A stretch of 64,000 bases of DNA from an uncultured Bacilli bacterium. Lineage in GTDB: Bacteria > Bacillota_I > Bacilli_A > RF39 > UBA660. Below are positions 47,453 through 57,322 of the stretch, in pieces. The stretch is from contig CAKOMQ010000001.1 in NCBI GenBank assembly GCA_934096715.1, positions 40,611 to 104,610 on the forward strand. The letters run 5' to 3'. How positions within the stretch are numbered: position 1 is the first letter of the stretch; each line of letters begins with the position of its first letter. The notes under the pieces were generated by a model. The model was given only the letters and a program-made list of their open reading frames with translations. It had not been told where the DNA came from and did not search any database. The translations under genes were made by a program, and so were the position numbers.

Positions 47453-49939
47453 ATGGGAATATTAAGAAAATTAATAGATAGTGAATATAAAGAATTAAAA
47501 AAGTTTGAAAAATTAGCAGATCAAATAATTGAATTAGATGAAGAAATGTCTAAACTAAAAGATGAAGATTTTAAAATTAAGACTGAAGAGTTTAAAGAAA
47601 GATTAAAATCTGGAGAAGAATTAGATAATTTAATCATCCCGGCATTTGCTCTTGCTCGTGAAGCTGCTTATCGTACAATTGGAGAAAAAGCATACTACGT
47701 TCAATTACTTGGTGGATTAGCAATTCATTTTGGTAATATAGCAGAAATGAAAACAGGAGAAGGTAAAACATTAACTACTATTTTACCAGCCTATCTAAAT
47801 GCTTTAACTGGAGAAGGTGTGCATGTTGTTACAACAAACGAATACTTATCTTCAAGAAATGCTGAATGGATGAAGCCAGTATATGATTTGTTAGGTGTTA
47901 CTGTAGGTGTTAACTTAAGAGAGTTATCTCCACAAGAAAAAAGAAATGCATATAACCAAGATATTCTTTATTCAACTAATAATGAAATAGGCTTTGACTA
48001 CCTAAGAGATAACATGGTAGTAAGACGTGAAGATAGAGTTCAAAGACCACTTAATTACTGTATTATAGATGAAGTAGATTCAATTCTTATCGATGAAGCA
48101 AGAACACCATTAATAATTAGTGGTGGGCAATTAAATTCACGTAAACTATATATAGATGCCGACAGAGCTGTAAAAAAACTAAAAGAAGAAGTAGACTATA
48201 CAATTGATTTAAAAACAAAAAGCGTATCTTTAACAGATGAAGGTAATAAAAAAATGGAACGTGCCTTTAATCTTAACAATCTATACGATTTAAATAACAC
48301 TCAATTAGTTCATTTTATTAACCAATCTTTAAAAGCTAACTATGGTTTTAAAAAAGACGTAGATTATGTCGTAGACAATGATGAAGTAATTATAGTAGAT
48401 CAATTTACTGGTAGACTTATGCATGGTAGACAATTCTCTGATGGTTTACATCAAGCAATTGAAGCTAAAGAGGGAGTTACTATAAACGAAGAAACTCGTA
48501 CAGTAGCAACCATCACATTCCAAAATTTATTTAGAATGTATAAAAAGCTTTCTGGTATGACAGGTACTGCTAAAACTGAAGAAGAAGAATTTAGAAATAT
48601 CTACAACATGTATGTAATTCAAATACCTACAAACAAACCAGTTATAAGAGAAGACTATGCTGATTTAGTTTATGCAACAAGCAAAGGTAAATATGAAGCA
48701 ATTATAAAATATATTGAAGAAGTACATAAAACTGGAGAACCAATCTTAATTGGTACTATATCAGTTGAAGCTAATGAGTATTTAAGTTCATTATTAAAGA
48801 AAGCTGGACTTAAACATGAAATATTAAATGCTAAAAACCATGAAAGAGAAGCAGAAATAATTGCTAAAGCTGGTGAAAAGAACGCGATTACATTAGCAAC
48901 AAATATGGCAGGTCGTGGTACTGATATTAAATTAGGCGAAGGTGTTAAAGAACTAGGTGGATTATGTGTTATTGGTACAGAAAGACATGAATCACGTCGT
49001 ATTGATAACCAATTACGTGGTCGTGCTGGTCGTCAAGGTGATCCAGGTAAAAGCCAATTCTTTGTATCATTTGAAGATGATTTAATGAAAAGATTTGGTA
49101 CAGACAGAATTAAAAATATGCTTCAAAGTATGGGAATCGATGGTTCACAAGCAATTAGAAGTAAAACTTTAACTAGAAGTATCGAAACTGCTCAAAAGAA
49201 AGTTGAAGGAAATAACTATGATACCCGTAAAACATTACTTGATTATGACAATGTTCTAAATGAACAAAGAGAAATAATCTATGAAAAGAGAAATACAATC
49301 TTAGATAAAGAATCAATTCATGACGTTATCTTAGATACATTTAAAAATAGTATTACTAATTTATTAGAAAAACATTTAACTACAAATGATAAACTATCAG
49401 ATAATGATAAAGAAGAAATTCTAGAATTTATCAATACAAATTATATAAAAAGTAAAAATATAACTATGGATGATATTAAAGGTAAAAAAGATAGTGAAAT
49501 TAGAGATTATTTATATGATGTAGTTAAGAAAGATTATGAAGATAAAATGATTGAAACTCCAGTCATGAACGAATTTGAAAAAGCAATATCTTTAAGAATA
49601 ATAGATTCAAACTGGGTTGAACATATGAATCAAATGGAACATTTAAAGGAAGGTATCGGCTTACGTGGTTATGGTCAAACTAATCCAATTCAATCTTATA
49701 CATTAGAAGGATTTGATATGTTTGAAAATATGCTTGATAACGTTGAAGATAGTATATGTCAATTTCTTTTAAGAGCTGAAGTAAGACAAAATACTGAAAG
49801 AGTTCAAACTTTAAAGGGAAACGCTAATGATGGTAAAGAAAAAGTTAAAGCTAAACCTAAGAAATCAGACAAAGTCGGTCGTAATCAAAAGTGCCCTTGC
49901 GGTTCCGGACTCAAGTATAAACAATGCTGTGGGAAGTAG
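47453..49939 (+). CDS. secA: Preprotein translocase ATPase SecA
   Basis: 828 aa. MKTGEGKT Walker A, C-terminal zinc motif CPCGSGLKYKQCCG. Confidence 0.97.
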   Translation: MGILRKLIDSEYKELKKFEKLADQIIELDEEMSKLKDEDFKIKTEEFKERLKSGEELDNLIIPAFALAREAAYRTIGEKAYYVQLLGGLAIHFGNIAEMKTGEGKTLTTILPAYLNALTGEGVHVVTTNEYLSSRNAEWMKPVYDLLGVTVGVNLRELSPQEKRNAYNQDILYSTNNEIGFDYLRDNMVVRREDRVQRPLNYCIIDEVDSILIDEARTPLIISGGQLNSRKLYIDADRAVKKLKEEVDYTIDLKTKSVSLTDEGNKKMERAFNLNNLYDLNNTQLVHFINQSLKANYGFKKDVDYVVDNDEVIIVDQFTGRLMHGRQFSDGLHQAIEAKEGVTINEETRTVATITFQNLFRMYKKLSGMTGTAKTEEEEFRNIYNMYVIQIPTNKPVIREDYADLVYATSKGKYEAIIKYIEEVHKTGEPILIGTISVEANEYLSSLLKKAGLKHEILNAKNHEREAEIIAKAGEKNAITLATNMAGRGTDIKLGEGVKELGGLCVIGTERHESRRIDNQLRGRAGRQGDPGKSQFFVSFEDDLMKRFGTDRIKNMLQSMGIDGSQAIRSKTLTRSIETAQKKVEGNNYDTRKTLLDYDNVLNEQREIIYEKRNTILDKESIHDVILDTFKNSITNLLEKHLTTNDKLSDNDKEEILEFINTNYIKSKNITMDDIKGKKDSEIRDYLYDVVKKDYEDKMIETPVMNEFEKAISLRIIDSNWVEHMNQMEHLKEGIGLRGYGQTNPIQSYTLEGFDMFENMLDNVEDSICQFLLRAEVRQNTERVQTLKGNANDGKEKVKAKPKKSDKVGRNQKCPCGSGLKYKQCCGK

Positions 49940-50323
49940 CATAAGCAAGTAAATATTTAAGTTAAATGGAAAGTTAGATAGGTCAAGTTTATAACTTGTC
50001 CATAGAATAATAAGGTGTGAACAAAAAATAATTTGTTGACATCTTTTTTAATGACTATGTCGAAATTTAAATCAATCAATTATTAATGGATAGGAGACAA
50101 AAGATGAATAATGAATAATGAATTAATAAATAATATACTATTAAAAATATTTATTGTTAATTTTATTATATTCAATTTATTATATTCAAGAATTCCAATT
50201 TTATTTTAGAATAAATACTTAAATTTATTTGAATTCGAGTAATTTGATTGTTTAGTAATGTGAAAAATAGTATAATAACTATTATAAATTAACTAAAGGT
50301 ATTTTGAAAAGGAGGAGTAATAT

Positions 50324-50418
50324 TAGAAAACGAAAATGTGTGGCTAAATGCAGAAGCACTAGCAACACTATTTGAGGTTAAAAGACCTGCAATAACAAAG
50401 CAAATTGAAAATAAATAA
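50324..50418 (+). pseudogene. Fragment resembling the N-terminus of a RhuM-family protein
   Basis: Reads LENENVWLNAEALATLFEVKRPAITKQIENK-stop, like the conserved ..VWL..A.LF.V....I.KHI.N. start of RhuM-like proteins. Only about 31 codons remain. Confidence 0.4.
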
Positions 50419-50508
50419 ATTGCACATTGGATAAAAAAGCAAAAATTGATATAATAAAATTGTATAAAAATATGAAATCAAAGAGATAAAAAATTAAGGA
50501 GACATATT

Positions 50509-51315
50509 ATGATAATTGATAATAAGCTTTTAGAAAATGATATTATTAAATCTTTTATGAAAAAATATAAAATCCCAAAAGAAATAAATATTAAAATCAT
50601 AATTACTGATGATATGGAAAAAGAGTATAAGCATCAATTGAATAAATTTAATAAAAGGTTTGATTACATTAGTCCGATTGATTATAATGGGATTACTTGT
50701 GTCCCAAATAGTATTGATGAAGAAACTATAATTTTAATAAATTATGATGGAGTTAAAGATATAAAGTCTAATAATGCTGAAGTAATTTGTACAATTTTTC
50801 ATGAATTGATCCATGCAAAGGATTATTATTTTTATTATAAAAATTATTGCAACGGATTATATGTTTCTTCAAAGAATAGAGATAGTCAATATGGATTTAT
50901 GAATTGGTCAGAATTTAATGCTAAAAAAATATCTTATTTTGAGTATTGTAAATTATTGCATGGCACAAATCTTTATAAAGATGAAGAATTAGAAAATATA
51001 AAGAAAAATGAGTTACCAATTAAAAACAAAGAACTAGTAGATATTTTAAATAATGAAGGTTCAGATATGGAATATATTATATATAATTTAATGTTTTATT
51101 TAGGACGTTATTCTATATGGGAAGAATTGTTTTTTGAAGAATTTAATAATGGTAATAAATTTCCAGAAGAACTAAATATGTATAAACCAGTAGTAGATGA
51201 ATTATATAGATCTTTAAAAAATAATTCTGGTAAAATAGAAGACTATATAGAAATCAAAAAATTAATAAATTGTTTTAAAGGGGAATGGGTAAACATAATG
51301 TCTAATAGAAGTTAA
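50509..51315 (+). CDS. Hypothetical protein with an HExxH motif
   Basis: 268 aa. RBS AAGGAGA. FHELIHAKD is the only recognisable motif. No signal peptide. Confidence 0.45.
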   Translation: MIIDNKLLENDIIKSFMKKYKIPKEINIKIIITDDMEKEYKHQLNKFNKRFDYISPIDYNGITCVPNSIDEETIILINYDGVKDIKSNNAEVICTIFHELIHAKDYYFYYKNYCNGLYVSSKNRDSQYGFMNWSEFNAKKISYFEYCKLLHGTNLYKDEELENIKKNELPIKNKELVDILNNEGSDMEYIIYNLMFYLGRYSIWEELFFEEFNNGNKFPEELNMYKPVVDELYRSLKNNSGKIEDYIEIKKLINCFKGEWVNIMSNRS

Positions 51316-51338
51316 AATAAATTCAGGAGTTGATAATA

Positions 51339-52409
51339 ATGATGAAACCATTAAAATTAAATAAGGGAGATAAAGTTGCTATAGTTAGTTTATCAAGAGG
51401 TTTATTAGGAATGCCTTTTTGTAAACATGAACTTGATCTTGCAATTAAAAGACTAGAAGAATTTGAATTAATACCCATTATAATGCCAAATGCGCTGAAG
51501 GGTATTGACTATTTAAAAATACATCCGGAATTAAGAGCAAGTGACTTAAAACAAGCATTTATGGATGATAGTATAAAAGCAATTATTTGCGCGATTGGTG
51601 GAGATGATACATATAAAACAATTCCATATTTAATGGAAGATGAAGAATTCATAAATGCCGTAAAAAAGAATTCAAAAATATTTTTAGGATACTCAGACAC
51701 AACAAATAATCACTTAATGTTAAACAAGTTAGGATTATCTACTTATTATGGCCCTTGTTTATTAGTTGACTTTGCAGAATTAGATAAAGAAATGCTGCCA
51801 TATACAAAATATTATTTTGAAAAATTGTTTACAAATGAATCGAGCTATGAAATAGTATCAAGTCCGATTTGGTATTATGATAGAGAAAGCTACGGAATTG
51901 AAGAAATAGGAAAACCAAGAAAATCTCAACAAGAACAACATGGATTTGAAGTTTTAAATGGTAAAGGAATAGTAACTGGAAAACTATATGGCGGATGTCT
52001 GGATAGTTTATATGATATATATACAAGTGAAAGATATGGCGATGAAAATGAAATATATACTAGATATAATATTTTACCTACTGTAGATGAATGGAAAGAA
52101 AAAATCTTGTTTATAGAAACATCTGAAGAAAAAATGCATCCTAAGAAATTAGAATTAGTGTTAAACTATTTTAAAAATAATAAAATTTTGGAGAGTGTAA
52201 AAGGTATAATAGTTGGTAAACCCATAGATGAAATCTATTATGAAGAATATAAGCAGGTTTATAAGAAAGTATTTTCTGATATAAATACACCAGTTTTATA
52301 TAATGTTAATTTTGGACATTCAATTCCTAGATGTATAATACCATATAATGCTGAAGCAACAGTAGACTATGATAATAAGAGAATCATAATTAACAATTTA
52401 ATAAAATAA
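51339..52409 (+). CDS. S66-family LD-carboxypeptidase / MccF-like serine peptidase
   Basis: GDKVAIVSLS N-terminus and nucleophile motif GYSDTTN. Start at ATG 51339 behind AGGAG. Confidence 0.75.
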   Translation: MMKPLKLNKGDKVAIVSLSRGLLGMPFCKHELDLAIKRLEEFELIPIIMPNALKGIDYLKIHPELRASDLKQAFMDDSIKAIICAIGGDDTYKTIPYLMEDEEFINAVKKNSKIFLGYSDTTNNHLMLNKLGLSTYYGPCLLVDFAELDKEMLPYTKYYFEKLFTNESSYEIVSSPIWYYDRESYGIEEIGKPRKSQQEQHGFEVLNGKGIVTGKLYGGCLDSLYDIYTSERYGDENEIYTRYNILPTVDEWKEKILFIETSEEKMHPKKLELVLNYFKNNKILESVKGIIVGKPIDEIYYEEYKQVYKKVFSDINTPVLYNVNFGHSIPRCIIPYNAEATVDYDNKRIIINNLIK

Positions 52410-52529
52410 TATTTTTTAGTTACATAGCCAAAAATAAATAACAACCGTTATTTTATATTGACAAAAAGCAATAATGTGCTATACTATTAAATAACAAATG
52501 TTATTTAATGCATTTGTGTGGAGGTAAGT

Positions 52530-53090
52530 ATGGCAAGAACAATTAAGTATTCTAAAGATGATATATTAAAGAAAAGTGTAGAGTTTATAAAAAAATATAG
52601 TTATTCTAAACTTACGGTTAGGGAACTTGCTAAATATATAGGATGTTCTACACAACCAATATTTAAAAACTATATCAATTTTGATATGTATAAAGAAGAC
52701 TTACAATTGCATTTAAGAAAAGATTATTCATCATTTATAGATAAATATATAGATATAAATGATTATTTTTATACTATAAGTTATGCATATGCTTTCTATG
52801 CGAAAAAAGAGCCTAATATATTTTTTACATTATTCATGACGGATTTAGCTGGTTCTAGAACAATAGATGAGGTCTTAAATACTGATAGAAACATACCAAC
52901 CATAAAATCAATGGTAACTCAGTATAAAATAACATTAGAAGATGCTCAAAAAATATATCGCGAAGTAAGATTTTATACTCATGGTATTGCAACACAATTA
53001 TGTGTAAAAAGTATCAAATTAACAGATAATGAAATAAAGGATTTAATCAAAAATAACATCGAAATAAATTTAAGGAGGATACAATTATGA
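52530..53090 (+). CDS. TetR/AcrR-family transcriptional regulator
   Basis: N-terminal HTH (LTVRELAKYIGCSTQPIFKNY). Start at ATG 52530 behind GGAGG. Confidence 0.7.
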   Translation: MARTIKYSKDDILKKSVEFIKKYSYSKLTVRELAKYIGCSTQPIFKNYINFDMYKEDLQLHLRKDYSSFIDKYIDINDYFYTISYAYAFYAKKEPNIFFTLFMTDLAGSRTIDEVLNTDRNIPTIKSMVTQYKITLEDAQKIYREVRFYTHGIATQLCVKSIKLTDNEIKDLIKNNIEINLRRIQL

Positions 53091-53719
53091 ATTTACATGA
53101 TAGAAATCAAAAACAAAGAATATTTTTTAATGAAAAAATAGATTCTTATGATGATGTACATTCAAGTTACCTAAAAATCAAAAGAACATTAGGAGATAGT
53201 TTAGACAAGGATACTAAAAAAATATTGGATTTAGGGGCAGGGACAGGTTTGGAATTAATTTATGTATTTGAAATATTTCCAAGTGCCAATGTTACAGTTA
53301 TAGATATTACTGAAAATATGCTTGAGAAATTAAAGAAAAGAAGTTTTGCAGATCATGTAACTACCATACATGGAGATTTCTTTGAGGTTGAATTTGGAAA
53401 TAATTACGATGCTGTTATATCAACTTCTGCTCTTCATCATTTCACAAAAGATGAAAAATTAAAACTGTACAAAAAAATTTATGAATGTTTAAAAGAAAAC
53501 GGTCAATTTATTAATTGCGATAAAATGGCTTTAACACAAGAAATAGAAGCTAAACAATTATTTGAATTAAAAAATAATATAGAAAACCATAAACATATAG
53601 ATACACCACTTACAATTGAGCATGAAATGGAAGTGCTGAAAAATGCCGGGTTTAATGAAATAAGCTCACATGATGTGGAAAGAGATGATTATAGTCTTAT
53701 TAAAGCAAGAAAAATATAG
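53087..53719 (+). CDS. Class I SAM-dependent methyltransferase
   Basis: 210 aa. Motif I ILDLGAGTGLE. ATGA overlap with the TetR gene. Confidence 0.75.
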   Translation: MNLHDRNQKQRIFFNEKIDSYDDVHSSYLKIKRTLGDSLDKDTKKILDLGAGTGLELIYVFEIFPSANVTVIDITENMLEKLKKRSFADHVTTIHGDFFEVEFGNNYDAVISTSALHHFTKDEKLKLYKKIYECLKENGQFINCDKMALTQEIEAKQLFELKNNIENHKHIDTPLTIEHEMEVLKNAGFNEISSHDVERDDYSLIKARKI

Positions 53720-53724
53720 TTTAG

Positions 53725-53748
53725 AAAGAGTTGTAAAAGACTCTTTTT
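53725..53748 (+). terminator. Intrinsic terminator
   Basis: AAGAGT..ACTCTT followed by TTTT. Confidence 0.55.
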
Positions 53749-53837
53749 GCATTGTTAATAAATAAGAAAAATGGTAAAATAGAATATATAAAAAAATGCA
53801 ATTAATAGTCAAATTTATTTATAATAGGAGGATAAAG

Positions 53838-54569
53838 ATGAAAATTCAAATAATTGGTTCAGGAAGTATGTGGACAAAATATAACAGTGCTTGTTATCTT
53901 ATTGATGAAGATATAATGGTAGATTTTCCAAATGGGGCATGCAAATATTTATATAGGCAGGGTATAAAACCTAATACAATTAATCATATATTAATCACCC
54001 ATTTTCATGGAGATCATTATTTCGATTTACCATTTTATATGTTAAATAAATCTAAATCAGAAAATAAAAATGTTATTATTTATTGTTTGAAAGAAGGAAT
54101 CGATAAAATTAATTTAATAGGAGATCTTGCTTTTCCAAATTCATATCAAGAAGTATGTAATGAATTAAATATAACATTTAATAATTATGATAAGTTTACT
54201 ATAAAAGATTATCAAGTAGAAAAAATACTAGTTAATCATGGTAGAATGAAACCAGCTTATGGGTATATATTAAAAAAAGATGATATATATGTTGGATTCA
54301 CTGGTGATACATCATTATGTGAAAGTGTAGAACAAATGGCTCAAAAATGTAGTTATTTATTTTGCGATTGCATGTTTTTAGAAGGCAATACAAAACACCA
54401 AGGAATAGATAATCTTAAATATCTCTCATCAAAATATCAAGATTGTACATTTATAGTTAGTCATTTAGAAGATGTAACAAGACAACAATTAAAAGAATTA
54501 AATATTTCTAACATAATTATTCCTGAAGATTATCAAATTTTACAAATAAAAAATGTTGATACTTTATAA
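53838..54569 (+). CDS. MBL-fold metallo-hydrolase
   Basis: HFHGDHY (HxHxDH) motif. Start at ATG 53838 behind AGGAGGA. Confidence 0.75.
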   Translation: MKIQIIGSGSMWTKYNSACYLIDEDIMVDFPNGACKYLYRQGIKPNTINHILITHFHGDHYFDLPFYMLNKSKSENKNVIIYCLKEGIDKINLIGDLAFPNSYQEVCNELNITFNNYDKFTIKDYQVEKILVNHGRMKPAYGYILKKDDIYVGFTGDTSLCESVEQMAQKCSYLFCDCMFLEGNTKHQGIDNLKYLSSKYQDCTFIVSHLEDVTRQQLKELNISNIIIPEDYQILQIKNVDTL

Positions 54570-54666
54570 GTTTTCAACAAATATTACGAAAAAGTGCTTA
54601 AATTCCACCTAAAAATGGTGGTTTTAAAATACTCTTTTATATGTAATTTAGGTGCAGGAGATAAAT

Positions 54667-54891
54667 ATGAATTTAAATGAAGTAATAATTAAAAAAAGGA
54701 AAGAGAATAATTTAACTCAAGAAGAATTAGCAGAAAAATTAAATGTAGCTAGACAAACAGTTTCTAAATGGGAAACTGGTGAAACAACACCAGACTTTAA
54801 TAGCTTAAAGGATCTAGCAATAACTCTAAATTTTTCAGTAGATAATATCATCGGTATTGAAAAGGAAGAAAATGATGATATAACCGAATGA
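54667..54891 (+). CDS. XRE-family HTH regulator (C-terminal part apparently decayed)
   Basis: LTQEELAEKLNVARQTVSKWETG. Start at ATG 54667 behind AGGAGA. Confidence 0.7.
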   Translation: MNLNEVIIKKRKENNLTQEELAEKLNVARQTVSKWETGETTPDFNSLKDLAITLNFSVDNIIGIEKEENDDITE

Positions 54892-55018
54892 TTAATTATA
54901 GGGGGATTTGTAATTGGTAACTCAATAGATTTAATATTTAATACTTATATTCTTGGTTTTTACTTGCAATGATAGGCTTAGTAACTGCAAGTATTATAAG
55001 AAGTATTAAAAGAAAATA
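54892..55018 (+). pseudogene. Out-of-frame remnants of a TM tail belonging to the preceding XRE gene
   Basis: After the TGA the same frame continues LIIGGFVIGNSIDLIFNTYILGFYLQ. Another frame reads WFLLAMIGLVTASIIRSIKRK-stop. Confidence 0.4.
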
Positions 55019-55121
55019 ACCATATATAAAATTATTGCCAAAATACTCAATGTTTTAAATGGCAAGTAAATTGCTAATTAATGATAATTGTATTATCATA
55101 TTTAAGAAGGGACTAGTAAAT

Positions 55122-56192
55122 ATGAAATTTATAAAGGAAAACAAAAAATTTGTTATAATCGGTTTAATAATTCTTGCTCTAGTTGGGGTATCCATCTATT
55201 CTAAACCAAAGAATAATAATAAGGATAAAATTTCAACAAAAAATGGAGAAGTTAAAATAGTAAAAAATGATGTGAGTAAAATTTCATTAGAAGATTATTC
55301 AAACGATTTATTTAAAATGAAAATACCAACTGGCTGGAAAGTAGATGTTCTTGGCGACTATATTCACTACACAATAAGAGCATATAACCCAGAAAATCCA
55401 ACATATCAATTCTTTATTAATTTAAAAAGTGAAGGTTATAATAAATCAGAAGACGCTAAAAAATTTCAACAAAAATATTATCCAAATGATTTGTTTGCTA
55501 AAACTTCAGTAATAGCCAGCAAAGATACTGAAGGCTTCTACAAAATATTTAATGAATTTGGTGAAATGAATAATACTGAAAAATTCACTTTTCCAGTTCT
55601 AACTGATTTTACTGTAATTGAGAACATGGGTACTAGTATGCTTGGTGGCGATGTGCTTCGTGCATCATTTAAAGATGCTAATAATAAAGAAGCTGAAGGA
55701 ATATTTACTGCATACGTATATGATGCAGGTCCTTACTACGTTAATGAAAACATCATGTCAGGTAAAAAGATAGATATTTATTTTCTAAGTGTATATGATG
55801 CCATATTTATAACTGCTCCTAAAGATGAATTAATCAACTGGGAAGAAACTTTAAGTTCCATATTTGCATCATTAGAATTTACTGATACATTTCTAAATAA
55901 TTACAATAAAGAACAAGATGCAGTTATGAAAAACTTTCAAAGTATAAGAAGTATTTGTAATGAAATATCTGATGGAATTATGGACTCATGGGAAAAGAGA
56001 AGCAAATCATATGACATAATGAGTCAAAAACAAAGTGATGCCACTTTAGGCTATGAAAGAGTCTATGATACAGAGAATGGCGAAATATATAAAGCATACA
56101 ATGGCTTCACTGATGATTATGATGGAGAAAGATACAAGTCTATTACAGAAGATATGTACACAGAAAAAACAAGTGGTTATATTGAGAAGTAA
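55122..56192 (+). CDS. Membrane-anchored hypothetical extracytoplasmic protein
   Basis: Starts MKFIKENKKFVIIGLIILALVGVSIY, then about 330 aa with no recognised motif. Confidence 0.45.
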   Translation: MKFIKENKKFVIIGLIILALVGVSIYSKPKNNNKDKISTKNGEVKIVKNDVSKISLEDYSNDLFKMKIPTGWKVDVLGDYIHYTIRAYNPENPTYQFFINLKSEGYNKSEDAKKFQQKYYPNDLFAKTSVIASKDTEGFYKIFNEFGEMNNTEKFTFPVLTDFTVIENMGTSMLGGDVLRASFKDANNKEAEGIFTAYVYDAGPYYVNENIMSGKKIDIYFLSVYDAIFITAPKDELINWEETLSSIFASLEFTDTFLNNYNKEQDAVMKNFQSIRSICNEISDGIMDSWEKRSKSYDIMSQKQSDATLGYERVYDTENGEIYKAYNGFTDDYDGERYKSITEDMYTEKTSGYIEK

Positions 56193-56219
56193 GCAAGGTT
56201 AACTTGCTTATTTTATTTC
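56191..56219 (+). terminator. Intrinsic terminator
   Basis: AAGCAAG-GTTAA-CTTGCTT followed by ATTTTATTT. Confidence 0.6.
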
Positions 56220-56248
56220 TTATATAGTATAATTAACTAAAGAAGGAG

Positions 56249-57311
56249 ATGTCTATGAGTATAGATGAAGTAAAAAAATCATTAGAATTAATTGGGAGGT
56301 CTCTTTGACATATCCAATAAAAAGAAAAGATTAGAAGAATTAAGAATTCTTATGAGTGAAGAAGGTTTCTGGGATAACCTAAATAAATCTCAAGAAATAA
56401 CTCAAGAATTTAATAAACTTAAAAGTACAGTAGAGTTATTTGATAGCTTATCTTCTGATATAGAATTCATCGAACTAAGTAGCAGTGAACTAACTGATAC
56501 TGAAATTAATTCTTTATTAATTGATTTAAACAGTAATATAGTAAAGTTAGAAGACGAACTGTATTTTAGTGGAGAATATGATAACTTAAATTGTTATTTA
56601 GAAATACATCCTGGTGCAGGTGGTACAGAAGCAACCGACTGGGCCAACATGATATACGAAATGTATAAGAAGTTTTGCGAAAAAAATAATTTCTCTTACG
56701 AGATTATTCAAGAACAAGCTGGAGAAGAAGCAGGTATTAAGTCAGCAACTTTAAAAATAATGGGAATGAATGCTTATGCCTATTTAAAATATGAAACAGG
56801 TGTGCATCGCTTAGTAAGAATTAGTCCATTTGATTCCAATAAAAGAAGACACACATCTTTTGCGTCCGTTTCTGTAACACCAGAATTTAAAGATAATATA
56901 GATATTGAAATAAATGATAATGATTTAAAAATAGATGTCTATCATTCAAGTGGTGCGGGGGGACAATCTGTTAATACCACTAACTCTGCGGTAAGAATAA
57001 CTCATTTACCTACTAAAATAGTAGTCACTTGTCAAAACGAAAGAAGCCAGCTTAAAAATAAAGAACAAGCTATGAAAATTCTTAAAAATAAAATTTATGA
57101 GTTAGAATTACTTAAGAATGAAGATAAGGTTAAAAGTCTAAAAGGAAATATCAAAAATATTGATTTTGGATCACAAATAAGAAGCTATGTTTTAGAACCT
57201 TATAAACTAGTTAAAGACAATAGATCACTTTATGAATCGAATGATCCTGAACGTATATTAAATGGAGATATATTAGAAATGCTTATTTATAATTTAAAAA
57301 ATATAAAGTAA
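56249..57311 (+). CDS. prfB: Peptide chain release factor 2, programmed +1 frameshift
   Basis: Frame 0 is ATG 56249..CTT TGA (56303-56308), preceded by the internal SD GGGAGG (56294-56299). The +1 frame continues DISNKKKRLEEL.. with SPF and GGQ motifs. Confidence 0.95.
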
Positions 57312-57322
57312 AGGGAGATAAT

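Noticed and set aside
49940-50320. Searched the secA-distal edge of the island for an integrase, transposase, att-like direct repeats or a tRNA target.
   Set aside because: Only AT-rich non-coding DNA with one imperfect hairpin (about 49996-50017) and tiny ORFs was present. There is nothing to support calling a mobile element.
54889-54891. Considered TGA read as Trp (genetic code 4), which would extend the XRE gene into its hydrophobic tail.
   Set aside because: The genome encodes RF2 with a UGA-based autoregulatory frameshift site. Other well-defined genes (rsmG, the PBP gene) end in TGA. Read-through would also hit TGA TAG 27 codons later.
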